From the NCBI GenBank assembly GCA_050575255.1, contig JBNZDD010013451.1:373724-437723 (forward strand): a stretch of 64,000 bases of DNA, read 5' to 3'. The first letter of the stretch is position 1, and each line of letters starts with the position of its first letter. The position numbers and the translations under genes were made by a program. Positions 1 to 11,422 of this stretch are shown in pieces. Source of the DNA: Harriotta raleighana. Its lineage: Eukaryota. The notes beneath the pieces are model-generated. The model made no database searches, was not told the DNA's origin, and saw nothing but the letters and a program-made list of their open reading frames with translations.

Positions 1-215
1 ATATAAAATATACAGTGTATATATATTTTAGCTCAATAGTTGTCCCTCATACATCTGTTTTAAGCTTCACACTGCAAGAAAAAAGTGAAATCTCAGCAAT
101 ATCTGGCATCTGAACCTTGACTGGATTTACTCCCAGAATGGAATAGTTAAAAAAATTTTTAGCTTGATTGTGGTGTTTTGGAAAGATATTTAACACTTTT
201 TTTTTATATACACAG

Positions 216-436
216 GTAGCTGGGACGATGAATCGTATGCAGTTTGATCTCAAGGAACATATTTCACGGCTTGATGAGATCTTTGCTAAAAGAGTTGAGT
301 TGATTCGGTCGCTGAAATTTATGCAGCAAATGGCAGACGCAATCAGGACACAGCTTTCTGGACTCCCTGTATGGCAGGATATAAATTTGAATCTGGCAGA
401 AATAGCTGATAACATCAGCTCCCTTGAATATTACAG
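216..436 (+). CDS. TTYH2: Tweety homolog 2, internal coding exon (approx. human exon 4); gene begins upstream of the window
   Basis: CACAG| acceptor and AG|GTAAGA donor; encodes VAGTMNRMQFDLKEHISRLDEIF...SSLEYYR, a tweety extracellular segment; phase 2 joins the next exon (R-WLSY). Confidence 0.9.
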
Positions 437-2701
437 GTAAGAATTGGATAAGCAAAAATCTGAACAGCCGTTAATGGTATGATGACTTTTTGCTCACCCT
501 GTATAATACAGAATGTTTTGTTTTTGAATAGTTTTAGAAATCTTTCTTTATAAAAAGTGAACTTCATTTTGTACTACAGGTGATAATCAGGTGGCATTTT
601 ATTGATTTCACAAATAGTTTTTTTCATGTAACCAGAAGATGGATTAATACCATATATGGTTTATACATTTTTTTAATGCATAAATAGGCAGGCAATTGGA
701 TCATTCAGACGAGAAGACTAGAATTTATTTGTGGAATGTAAACTAACTTTCATTAGAAATTTCTGTATAATGAGTGAAGTTTAATTTCATCCAAACCAAT
801 CATAAAAGCATGGAGTAGGCCTACTCTGGATTTTCTGGCTGTTTCATTGTGCTCTTGCTTTCCTGCAGATCCCCTTAAGAATGTGTTTGTGGCCAGCAGA
901 AGATTACACTGGATGATATAACTGAAAAGCTAATAAAGAAAATGCTACAACTCAGCAATTATCCTTCAATATTTATAGTACATTTTACTTGAAAATGCTA
1001 GCTTTTAGTTAAATTTGGAGAAAACCAAGATACTTTCATTAAAACAAGCACACCGAGGGGAGGCAGCGTATTATACCCCCTCCTATTGTAGATATTTGGC
1101 TCACGACATGACATCACCCGCAACTACTTAGTGTAAGTGGATTGTGTAGATCAGATATGCCAGGATGTCTTTTGAATTCAGTGACCTCCTGGGAAAAACC
1201 TGTTACTTTTAGGAAACAAATTACTAAAAATATTAATACTGTTTTAAAAGATTCAGTAGAAGACTCGATTTTGAAGAGATTGTCATTCAGTGCAAAATCT
1301 GAGTGACTTATTTAAAATAAAAGTTGTTTTTGATATATTACACGGGTATTTTAAGGATGACTGTCAGACCTATTGAATGAATTTAGTGCATTTACTATGT
1401 TTATATTCACAAATGTTAATTGCAAATCTTGTGCATGGTTGGTGTCTCAGCTGCAGCCTGAAGATTAATTTGAACAGATGTACCAGGCTGGCCAAACTAG
1501 TTCTGAATGACCTTCAGTTTTGTTCAAATCTCAAAGGCATTATTAGAGTGAAACTAATGCATTGTGACATTTTAGTCAACTGGGATCAAGAAGGTGGCAA
1601 CATAACAGATCTAAGAGGTAGGCAGGGCAGTAAGGCCAGCAACTAGATACATTTGAGATTAAAATATTTAGATCTAATTGAACTTTTTTCCATTTAAGGA
1701 TAGTGTGTTTAGCCTCTATTCCCATTCAAGATGATGTTAAATTTCCTTTGACAGCTTGATTCATTATTTACTTATTCCATTGTGAATTTAGTCCACTTTC
1801 AGCCAGGCATGCAGTAAGAGGGTCTTATTGTCATCTAATCCATTGGGGGGTAGGGAAGAAAATCAAAGAATGTGGTTCTATCTTATTTCCTGTTGGCTAA
1901 TCATCAATGCATAGAGGGAAGGATGATTATGAGACTCAAAGGAACTAACCCTTTTGACAAAGCACGAAAGAGTTCAAAAAAGCAATGCTCAAAGGAGGAA
2001 AACATCAACTATAGAGTATATAGAAGTTAATGATCTCTGTTTTAGAACATTCATCAAGAGGGATCTTGAATTAGTTTCCTGCAGGTTCTGCATTACAGTA
2101 TTTGGTGGGAAACAGGTTGTCTGCCAAAAGGGTGTTTTACTGCAGCAACATTTGTTAAATGTGATTATATAGATAACTACATTCACAGATTTACAGCCAT
2201 ACTTATGGATCTGATGATAGCAGGCAAATCAGATCAGATTTTATTTCATGAACTTACAAGCATTCACCATCCTGATAGCTCTGTACTGCATTTGAAAATT
2301 TGAAACCGCTGATTTAAATAAGGCAGTAAGTGATCAAATTGAGTTCAATCGGATTTGAAGTGTTGAAAATCACATGCTGGGTAGCACTTTCCTATTCTTT
2401 GGAGAACTATGTTGGAGAAATGTTGTTTTTCTATGCAGTGGTAATGTTTCTCACTTACATGCAAATTACTCTCCCTTTAAATGCATTTAGATGTAGATTA
2501 GATGGACAGTAATTTCCACCAAGCTAATCATAACTATGTAAGTTTTGAATTTTTTAGGTTGCAAGGTACCCAGTTGCTTTAGGAATGTTGAAAGATTCCT
2601 GTTGTGTTATGTCTTAGAGTTTCACTAGAAACAATTCTGTGCATGTGAATATTGCAATTGCGTGCATATGAATATCTCATTCGCTCTGAATGTTGTTCCA
2701 G

Positions 2702-2797
2702 GTGGTTGTCTTATCTCCTTTTACTTATTGTCGATCTCATCATCTGCCTTGTGTCATTTCTGGGCCTGGCCAAACGCTCCCGATGGCTTCTTACCAC
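2702..2797 (+). CDS. TTYH2: TTYH2 coding exon (TM segment)
   Basis: TTCCAG| ... AC|GTGAGT; encodes WLSYLLLLIVDLIICLVSFLGLAKRSRWLLT. Confidence 0.93.
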
Positions 2798-3892
2798 GTG
2801 AGTATTGTTTTGTTAAATAATTAATTATTGGATCTTGATATCCTTCCTTATGCAAACAGCCTCCTTTGGTTACAAATCAACTTTGTGTATGTAAAAACTG
2901 AGATTAGTGTCTCGAGCGGAGATATAAAGGCTTGGCTAGGGATCCATTCAGTTTCCAACTATTTACAAATCAAATTTCCGACACAAAAATATTTTTTTTA
3001 AAAAAGGAAACCAAGATGCCAAGCAAAACCTTTGATGTCCTGAGTGTTACCATTGTTTTGTTAGAAGTAACCCAGCATTCCTTTCACATTGTTAAAATAG
3101 ACATTAGTTTTAAACAAATTTACTTCGTTAAAATGACTGAACCCAAGGGTCTTTGAATTGTTTATAAACAGAAGACATCTGCTGTTCATGGCAACGCACT
3201 TAATGCAGAGCAGCTACTTTGGACAATAGACTTGCACGTCCTGCAAATTCCAGTTTGACTTTAGATTTGATATCCACAGCCGTGAAAGATATAATCATTA
3301 AAATAGAACTATGGCTGATCAGATTGACTTCTCCAGCAATAGACAACAAGTACATTGCCAGGATCAGCAGATATCCCCTATATATAAACAGACAAAAAAA
3401 GTTAAATGCATAGATGTTATTTAGACTTAGTTTAGTGATTTATTTTAACAATATAAAATTGAAGCTTTGTCAGTTGAAGCTTTTACTAGTTATTTAGCAG
3501 AGAAAATTGTGGCTTTTGCTGTGCTGTTCTTGTGCTGTGATTTCATGATAAATGAGCTTTGAAACTCCCAACATATTTCATATAAGCTTAAATGTTGTAA
3601 ATATTTTGTGTACGCTGATTGCCACTTTGACTCTAAAATGGAAACATGGATTTTAATTTTTGCAATAGAGGTCTTTGTCACGTGTAGAATATTTCCCATA
3701 TCCCACAGAACATACATATACTGACATTGATTCACTCTAAACCCACCCTCCAACCCCCCACACATTTTTTCATCTCCGCTGTTTTGAATTGGTTCATTGA
3801 GTTTAAGATAATAATACAATTATTAAACTTGTGGAGTCCTCTGGCTCAATGGATAGAGGACTTTTTTTTATTTAACTTCCATTTTTTTCCAG

Positions 3893-3965
3893 AATGATTG
3901 TCTTCGGGGCCTTGACTCTAATCCTTAGCTGGTGCTCCCTGGGAATAGACACTGCCACAGCTGTG
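3893..3965 (+). CDS. TTYH2: TTYH2 coding exon (TM segment)
   Basis: TTTTCCAG| ... GTG|GTAAGT; encodes MIVFGALTLILSWCSLGIDTATAV; phase-consistent. Confidence 0.92.
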
Positions 3966-5931
3966 GTAAGTAAGAAATTCCATGTTTTTTTAATTGTTGA
4001 GTATTAATTAGGAATCTTGTCTAAGGTTTCATCCTGACCAGAAATCAAATATGCTACAGGACTCCACTGTTGGATTTCGGATATAGTGTTGGATTTTGGA
4101 TGTAGTGCTTTCATGACAAGAGGGACATCTCAAGACACTGGACTTTCAAGGGTTTGCAACCAAGTTGGAGGTTGGATTGGGTAGGGGTGGGTTCAAGTCA
4201 TAAGCCAGGACTTTGAGTCCCTTGAGTGAATCAAATAGCATACATTATTTCCTGTACAGAATTAATTTGGATATTCATTATTGTTTTACAGATAGTTTGG
4301 ACAGTTATTCAGACTGAATAGTAGCCATGATATCTGATTTACAGAATTGTATCTGTGAAAAGCAAATGCTCAAATAAAAGTGCATTTCAGACTGAAATCT
4401 AGGTCAATTCTAGCCAGGAGGGACTTTGTGTGCCTCACATCATAGGACTGCACTTGTATTGCAAAACTGCTTCTAGTTTAACTGACTATGGAAAAATCCT
4501 GGAGTAATTATTTTCCATGGCAACTGAACAAGCTTTAGCTTGTATTTTATACTTACGTAACAAACATACTACAAGATTGGGTGTTTCATTTCTATTTCAA
4601 CTCTCTTTCCACTGTCTACTTCCATGTGACATTTGTGTATGCACATGGTGCTTTTTCTCTTTTCCCCCACCCTGAATGAAATCAAATTTTCGATTTCATA
4701 ATTGAAGAGCCAGTCACGACTGCACTTGTGTATTTGCAGTCAACAAATCTAATTGTAATAATAAAGTATGTAGTAGGGTTCAGGAAGGAGTTTTATTCTA
4801 GACCCCTGTTAACACTAGAGGTATTTTCAATAATTAATGATAACCACTGAGAGTATTTCTTATTAATGACTGTCCTGTTTTGTTGCCAACTTCTGAGCAT
4901 CCACTACTCACGAGGATCATGTTTATGGTATACTCCGATGAAACATTTAAGCAGAATATTGCCAGCAGCTGAAGTCCGTTGAGGCCAAATTTTACCAATT
5001 GAATGGCATTTCATTCTGTTGCCTCCCCAATTCCCCCTCCCCCAAGATCTGCTAAGTGGATTATTAGGTGATAGTATTGTGTTGCTTGCAGCAACAGATG
5101 TGACAAGTCTTCTCATTGAATGACTGACAAATCCTTTCCTTTCTCTGCTTCAGTGAACTTCCCTTTCCATAATTCTTTCTCTACCTTTTGTTTTATTTGA
5201 ATACTATTTCCACAAAGCTATTGGATTTGTTTTAAGGGCCAGGGTTAACCCATTGACTCCCGAATGAAATTTGCAAAGAGCATGTTGGTTTTTACAATTT
5301 GCACACCAAGACCATGTAAATGTTAATTACATTATTATTAGGGGGTTTCTGATATTCATTCTAGACTGTACATGGATGGTGATTATACAGAAATCGGCTT
5401 TTACATATCTTTAGCTTTACTGTACTTGTAAAATCTAATTAAGGCTGAAAATTGGATCCCATTTTACGGTTTCAATTACAATTCGTGACAAGTGAGATGC
5501 TAATTATGATGGCTACTAATTTAATTGCATCCTAATTGTATTTGTAATTGGTTTAAACGAAAAAGCTGACTCGGATCATGTTAACTGAACTCATCGACAG
5601 CAGTATCTTTGTGTTCATTTGTTGAGTTTGAATTGGCGTTGTACAGTCTCAACCCTAGGTCAAATAACCTGAATAACTTTGTAACTATTCATGTAATTTT
5701 AGTGCCTAAATCCATGAATTTTGTACAATTACTGTAGTAATGCTGTTAGACCATTCTGCAAGTTTTCTCCAAGGCCTTGGCTTTACCTCAATTCATATTT
5801 ATATGCTGTATTTCATAGCAAATTCCTCATCATTTCATTTTTCTTTCTTTCTACATGAACAGTCCTTAAATTTTCCATTGAGAACTGTTGTTCCACGTAA
5901 CTAATTTAAAAAAAAATTCCTTGTGTTGCAG

Positions 5932-6001
5932 GGTGTGAGTGATTTCTGTGTATCTCCAGACAAATTTATCATGAACATGACGCAGAACAAAATCAGTTCA
6001 G
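5932..6001 (+). CDS. TTYH2: TTYH2 coding exon
   Basis: TTGCAG| ... G|GTGAAC; encodes GVSDFCVSPDKFIMNMTQNKISS with the tweety SDFC.PD motif. Confidence 0.93.
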
Positions 6002-6377
6002 GTGAACTAGAAATTTTATCAAAGATATATATTTTAAGAAATGCGTCTCTGCACTTGTCTCTCAAGATTAACTACTCTTTGTTTTTATCTCCCTTTCCAT
6101 CCCCATCCATGAAGCAGATAATAAAGTGGGATACAGTTCCATGAATACTCATGGTACACTGAGGCCTTGAATTCTCCTTTCCTCATTTCTGACAGTAATG
6201 TTACCATTAATTTGCAAGCGCATTGAGAATGTCCCCAACGCAATGCGCACTCTTAATGGGATGTGAAAGATTAGATCTATACTGGCTTCACTGTAAAACG
6301 AGTATTGTATTGCAATTAGCTGAGAGAATTCCGGATTCACTGACTGCCACTTGACCAGTTGATTATTTTTATTACAG

Positions 6378-6433
6378 AAGTGGTGCATTATTACCTTTAT
6401 TGCAGCCAGAGTCTGACCAATCCATTCCAGCAG
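6378..6433 (+). CDS. TTYH2: TTYH2 coding exon
   Basis: TTACAG| ... CAG|GTATGA; encodes EVVHYYLYCSQSLTNPFQQ (YY..C....NPFQQ motif). Confidence 0.93.
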
Positions 6434-6504
6434 GTATGAACCAATTTTCTACATAATAGATGCCTGATGTGTTTTTGAGATAGTAATAACTTCTCTTTTA
6501 AAAT

Positions 6505-6790
6505 GGAGTCCCGCAGCTCACTGGTTAGAGCACTTGCCTTGCAAGCAACCTGGATTCGATTTCCAGCATTGCAAAACTTTGGGCAAGTTTCCTTACTCTC
6601 CAGGCCTGATCATAATCCATCAAAAAGATAATAAATTGGTCACTTCAATCCACGACTGTTTGCGAGGTACTGGATGCCGTGTTTCGACCACAAATATATA
6701 GTTAATTCACATTATATTCTGTGAAGCGCTTTGAGCCGTCTAGAAGACATGCGATAAAGCGCTATATAAAATGCAAGGATTACTATTTTT
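6505..6790 (+). mobile_element. tRNA-derived SINE, near full length; the only SINE copy recognised inside TTYH2
   Basis: A-box-like GCTCACTGGTTAGAGC, B-box-like GGATTCGATTTCC, body GGGCAAGTTTCCTTACTC, tail GTGAAGCGCTTTGAG...AAATGCAAGGATTA; matches many other copies in the window. Confidence 0.85.
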
Positions 6791-6875
6791 ATACGTTGCT
6801 AAACTTTTGACCAAGCTATTTGAGAACTTACTCTGATATAATATGAGCTGCATTTTGGTTTCTATTTCTATTTAG

Positions 6876-6968
6876 ACTTTATCAGTTTTCCAGCGATCAT
6901 TGACCACTATGCAGTTCCAGATCCAAGGAATGCTGCACATTGCACTTCCAGTATTCCCAATGGCACAG
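6876..6968 (+). CDS. TTYH2: TTYH2 coding exon
   Basis: TTTAG| ... CAG|GTAAGG; encodes TLSVFQRSLTTMQFQIQGMLHIALPVFPMAQ. Confidence 0.92.
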
Positions 6969-7102
6969 GTAAGGAGATAAATTCAGCATTATTGAAGAGC
7001 AGGGGCTGAAAAGAGACCCTGACATTTGGAGGATGATATAGTGGTCCTGAAGATCTTAGTTAACATTTACAAAAAATGTTTTTGGCCCTTTTAACTTCAT
7101 AG

Positions 7103-7195
7103 AAAGATCTGCTTCAGATACAACAGCTGCTAAATCAATCTGAATCCAATTTGCACCATCTCACTGCACTTCTCGACTGCCGTGGACTCCACAAG
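7103..7195 (+). CDS. TTYH2: TTYH2 coding exon
   Basis: CATAG| ... AAG|GTAACT; encodes KDLLQIQQLLNQSESNLHHLTALLDCRGLHK. Confidence 0.93.
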
Positions 7196-7447
7196 GTAAC
7201 TATTTTCTGAGGAACGCTTCTGCCGCTGATGTGTTCCATGAGGTGCAATGATATCAGTTGCATGGTGACACAAATGTGTGCTATATCATATACTGTTCCG
7301 TGGTTTTCGTGTGCGAAAATACTCGTCTGCCCTAAAATCTCCTCCTCTTACCTTGCTTCACTTACTGGATTTAATGCAGAAATGGAGCAGCAGAAGAATT
7401 CATGTAGCTAAGGGGATTTATTGCTTTGTTTCCTTTGTCCTGTTTAG

Positions 7448-7590
7448 GACTATTTGGATGCCCTGATTGGTATATGTTATGATGGCGTTGAGGGATTACT
7501 GTACCTCTCACTGTTTTCAATCCTTGCTGCAGTTTCATTCTGTGCATTGATTTGTGCTATATCTCGTGCGTGGAAACACATCGCAATCAG
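7448..7590 (+). CDS. TTYH2: TTYH2 coding exon (last TM segment), GC donor
   Basis: TTTAG| ... CAG|GCAAGT; encodes DYLDALIGICYDGVEGLLYLSLFSILAAVSFCALICAISRAWKHIAI. Confidence 0.92.
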
Positions 7591-7904
7591 GCAAGTGTTG
7601 CAACAGTTTGATCTTCTTTATTGTTATGGTTGCATAGCAGTGCAGAAGAAAATGTTTTAATTATCCAAGATAATATTTTTTATAGCTCTCCATTGACCAG
7701 GCAACTACAAGATGTCTGCCTTTAGCTACAGCCACCAGGTTACAGAAACCACTATATAGTTCTCCAGGGTATTGTCCACTTTTTTTCTGAACACTATTGG
7801 CTCCTTTGTTGAGGGGGACAGCAGTATTACCTAACTTGTATTTATCCAAGTGATGCGCTTTTCGGAAATAATTTTTAAATGTGTTCCTCAATCCTAATAC
7901 AGTA

Positions 7905-8215
7905 CAAAATTACATTTGTAATGCTCCTTTCCCATCGGGAGGACGTCCCAAGACTCTTAAAAAGTCACGGATTAGTACGCGCATGGGGGAGAGGTTAGAG
8001 AAGGTGGCATTAATAGAGAGGGTGGTATCAATATAGTTGAAGAGGAGGGTCTTGAGGCGTACCCTGAAGGAGACAAGAAAGGGAGCAAGGCAAAGGGATT
8101 GTGGGATGAAGTTCCAGAGGATGGGAGCAGAGAGGCTGAAGGTCTGATTGACGATGTTTGGGGTGGGCCGTGCACAGGACATGGAACAGCTAGGGACTGC
8201 AGAGCGGATTGATAA
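7905..8215 (-). mobile_element. L2-clade LINE 3' fragment
   Basis: Minus-strand translation TFSLSAPILWNFIPQSLCLAPFLVSFRVRLKTLLF is typical of the L2 ORF2 C-terminus; ends in the GGGACGTCCTCCCGATGGGAAAGG tail. Confidence 0.75.
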
Positions 8216-8369
8216 AGAGTTAGCAAATGTTTAATTTGTCCTAAATTTAAAGCGCTCCCTCATTGTAGAAATCCCTTTGCGTATTTTGGAATGATTTAAA
8301 TTTGCACAGACTCTACATTTTTCTGCCTTGACTGCTGTGCATTTTACTGAGAATTGCTTTGTGTTCCAG

Positions 8370-8570
8370 AGATCGGGATTATGACGACATAGATGAGGCC
8401 GATCCTTTTAATCCTCAAGCTCGGCGTATTGCAGCCCACAACCCAGCCCGGGGCCAGATGCGCAGTTTCTGCAGTTTCAGCAGTAGCTTGGGCAGTCAGA
8501 CTAGCCTCCAGCCACCTGCAACCACAGCAATAGTTCAACCAACTTCCACAGCACCTGCACCCGAGTATAT
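8370..8570 (+). CDS. TTYH2: TTYH2 coding exon (cytoplasmic tail)
   Basis: TTCCAG| ... AT|GTGAGT; encodes RDRDYDDIDEADPFNPQARR...FCSFSSSLGSQTSLQPP...PEY. Confidence 0.93.
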
Positions 8571-8829
8571 GTGAGTCCAGTGATGGCATTCCGAGTTCAT
8601 TTTTATCTCAACTCAAAGCGCTTTACTTTGTTGTTTAACACAGCTTTGACATGATGCAATAATAATTTACTCTCGGAAATAAATTCACGGGTGGGACAAC
8701 ACCCAATCTTCTCGCTTCTGCTTATTTCACAATTGTTTGCTAATAATGTGCGGTAAGAGTCCGAACGACTCTTAAAAAGTGATGTAAATTAGTACTAACC
8801 ACTGTGATCATGTCCTTTCTCCTGCATAG

Positions 8830-8908
8830 GAATAACACTGTGCTGTTTGGTGGGAATCCTCGCTATGAAAACGTTCCATTGATTGGAAGAAATTCTCCAC
8901 CCCCTTCG
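8830..8908 (+). CDS. TTYH2: TTYH2 penultimate coding exon
   Basis: CATAG| ... TCG|GTACGT; encodes MNNTVLFGGNPRYENVPLIGRNSPPPS. Confidence 0.93.
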
Positions 8909-11338
8909 GTACGTTGGGCATCTCAAGGAAATTCATTTTTATGATTAGTCTTTAAAAGTTTTCTTCCTCCCTCTTACTCCCGCTTTGTTCCCCCACCATT
9001 TCCACCTTGGTCCTGATAACTGGCTCTGTTTGGCTTTTCTAATTCTGACAAAATCTTTAGGTACCTTGCTATATTATATATACACATTTTCTTTTGTATC
9101 TGAGCAAATATTGAAATGTAAAATTCACCTTCTGTGTGAGAGCATCGAAATACCGAAGACCATAATGATAGTAGCATAGCCGGGTTCATACCCCTTGAGG
9201 GGGTAGTATGCAAAGTCATGCTTCTTGGGAGGTTTGTGCGTATGTTGTGAGATGATGATCAAACCCTTGCTCCCGTTGATTTGTTGCCCAATCATTCTCA
9301 ATAATAGAGTCGAGCGTGAAGACTGGAGCTTGGGCAAGCTATTGGAAACTCTTGGTTGCACATGGAACCAAATCGCAAAATAAATTACTGTCTTTAGAAT
9401 AGAAGGAGAAATGCGTGATCTTCTCCAAGGAAGTTAAATTGCCAACATATGCAATTGGACATAGGAGCTCTCCTTTATTGTGACTGCAAGTTGACAAGAC
9501 AAAACTGAGTGAATGTTACCTATTATTTCCAATTATGGATTTTTGTAGGCTGATTGTATGCCCTCTTCAAGATCTGCTGGGACTGATCCAAACAGAACAT
9601 ATTATATCTGGCTTGGTTTTAATTGGTTTCAACTTTACTGACTTAGAACTACAGTTTTTAAAAATGTTTGCAATGTACTTCTAAATTGTAAACTCTTTCA
9701 TGTAATTTGTTCAGTCAATACAGGGCTATAAATCTTGTGTTATGAAACACAACCTGATGAGTTTAGTTTAAATTTATGTTGCAATTATTATATTTTTAAA
9801 GCAAATAAACATTTCAGAACAGGCAGCAATTAAACGCTGGAGTGGAGGAAGTCTTTCGAAACCAGATTTCCCCAACTACAGTGGAAATATGTATTTTTTG
9901 AATAAAGCTATGAGCAAGTTTTTTTTAATTAACATTTGGCTTTTACTACTAGTAAGTAGATGTGTAGTTTGAGTGATCCTCAAAAGTGGGAATAACAATT
10001 CACTCAAATTAAAGCTATTTTTTGTTGTTGGCTGTAAAAACCAATATTTAATTTTTGTGTTTTTTTTGTCTGAGTTTTGGAGCTGAAATATGAATGATTT
10101 AAACAGTAAGTTTTTAACATTTGTGAATTTATTTGGCTGTTGTACCACCTTGTATTTCATTCCATCTAGTTGCTTATATTTTTTATATCATTGTTTTTGT
10201 GTTATTTGATGGACTCTTACTTGTTGCTAGACAACAATAAGCAAAATGTTTGGTTTCAGCATGCACTGTTTATTTGGCATTGAGGCTATTATACGTTTTA
10301 GTTTTCACTTGGTTTCATTGTTTTCAAAACCAGTTGTCGTGTTGTTAATGAATGTTTCAAATGGTGGACTCGGGAGGAGATAAGAATGTGTCTTAACTAC
10401 AGATCAGATTTTCAAGAATAACAGAGTACATTTGTTTATAAATCATTTTAGGGCAAAATATTAATTATGCATCACTGGCCTGCAATACATTGGGTGAACT
10501 TCAGAAATCTCCTGCAGCTGTTTACTGAGCTCAAACAGTCTGCTATTAATGGGTAGTTCTCTAGTACAAATAGCAATTGTTAAACTATAAAAGCACACAT
10601 CTGCAGGAGAGTGCATAATTAACCATACCAGATGCTCGTAAACCATATTGTGGACACTTACAATTACGATATTTCAATTACACAGAGTTAGAAATGCTGA
10701 TTTGCCTTATAAGAACGTTGCTTCATACCAGCCATTAATACTAAAGGAGATTTATTACCTTCCATAACGAAAATGAGCACTATACCATTGTAACAAAGCT
10801 ATACCAACTGGTCTTGGAAAAAAATATTACATGTGAAAACACTTTTAAAAATGCCCATTTAAAAAGTAGCATGTCTGAATGGAACATGTTGCTCCTCCCT
10901 ATTCTGTATTTGCTCATTGATTTATGTTCAGGTTCGTATTTTGAAAGTTTTACCTTTTAGAGTGTGCCCCACTGTGGCTTCTAGGTTTCTCGTGGGTCAC
11001 CTGGTCATATGGCCTTGACCTAAAGGCTTGCCATTTGTTGATCTCAGCAGTCTGAGAAGCCATGACCTGGAGTATAATATTTCATGCATTGGCAATAGTT
11101 ACTTGCACATCTGTTTATCTGAATGACCACCTTTTGTGTCGGAGAACAGGTACGTTCAGAGAATGGACGTTCAGACAAATGTGTTTGTCACTATTTCTGT
11201 AGATTACGGTTTCCCTGAAATTGTAATCATTTCTTGTCATCTTCTTTCTGAGTCTTCGATTTATCAGTACATTGAAATGAATTGTTCATTGTTTCAGCAA
11301 ATAAAATGACACTGAAATTGTTTTTGTTTCCTTTCCAG

Positions 11339-11422
11339 TACTCACCCAGTATGAGAGCCACCTACCTTGCAGTGACTGAAGAACCTGCCAGACATCATCA
11401 CGGGAATGAATTTCCTGTTTAA
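11339..11422 (+). CDS. TTYH2: TTYH2 terminal coding exon
   Basis: TTTCCAG| then YSPSMRATYLAVTEEPARHHHGNEFPV-TAA; resembles the recalled TTYH2 C-terminus (YSPSMRATYL...) rather than TTYH1/3; synteny with DNAI2 and KIF19. Confidence 0.92.
   Translation, partial: YSPSMRATYLAVTEEPARHHHGNEFPV

Noticed and set aside
3183-4525. X-box-like motifs in TTYH2 introns (GTTCATGGCAAC ~3184, TTTCCATGGCAAC ~4512)
   Set aside because: Only one good half-site each, far from any start site, with no supporting motifs.
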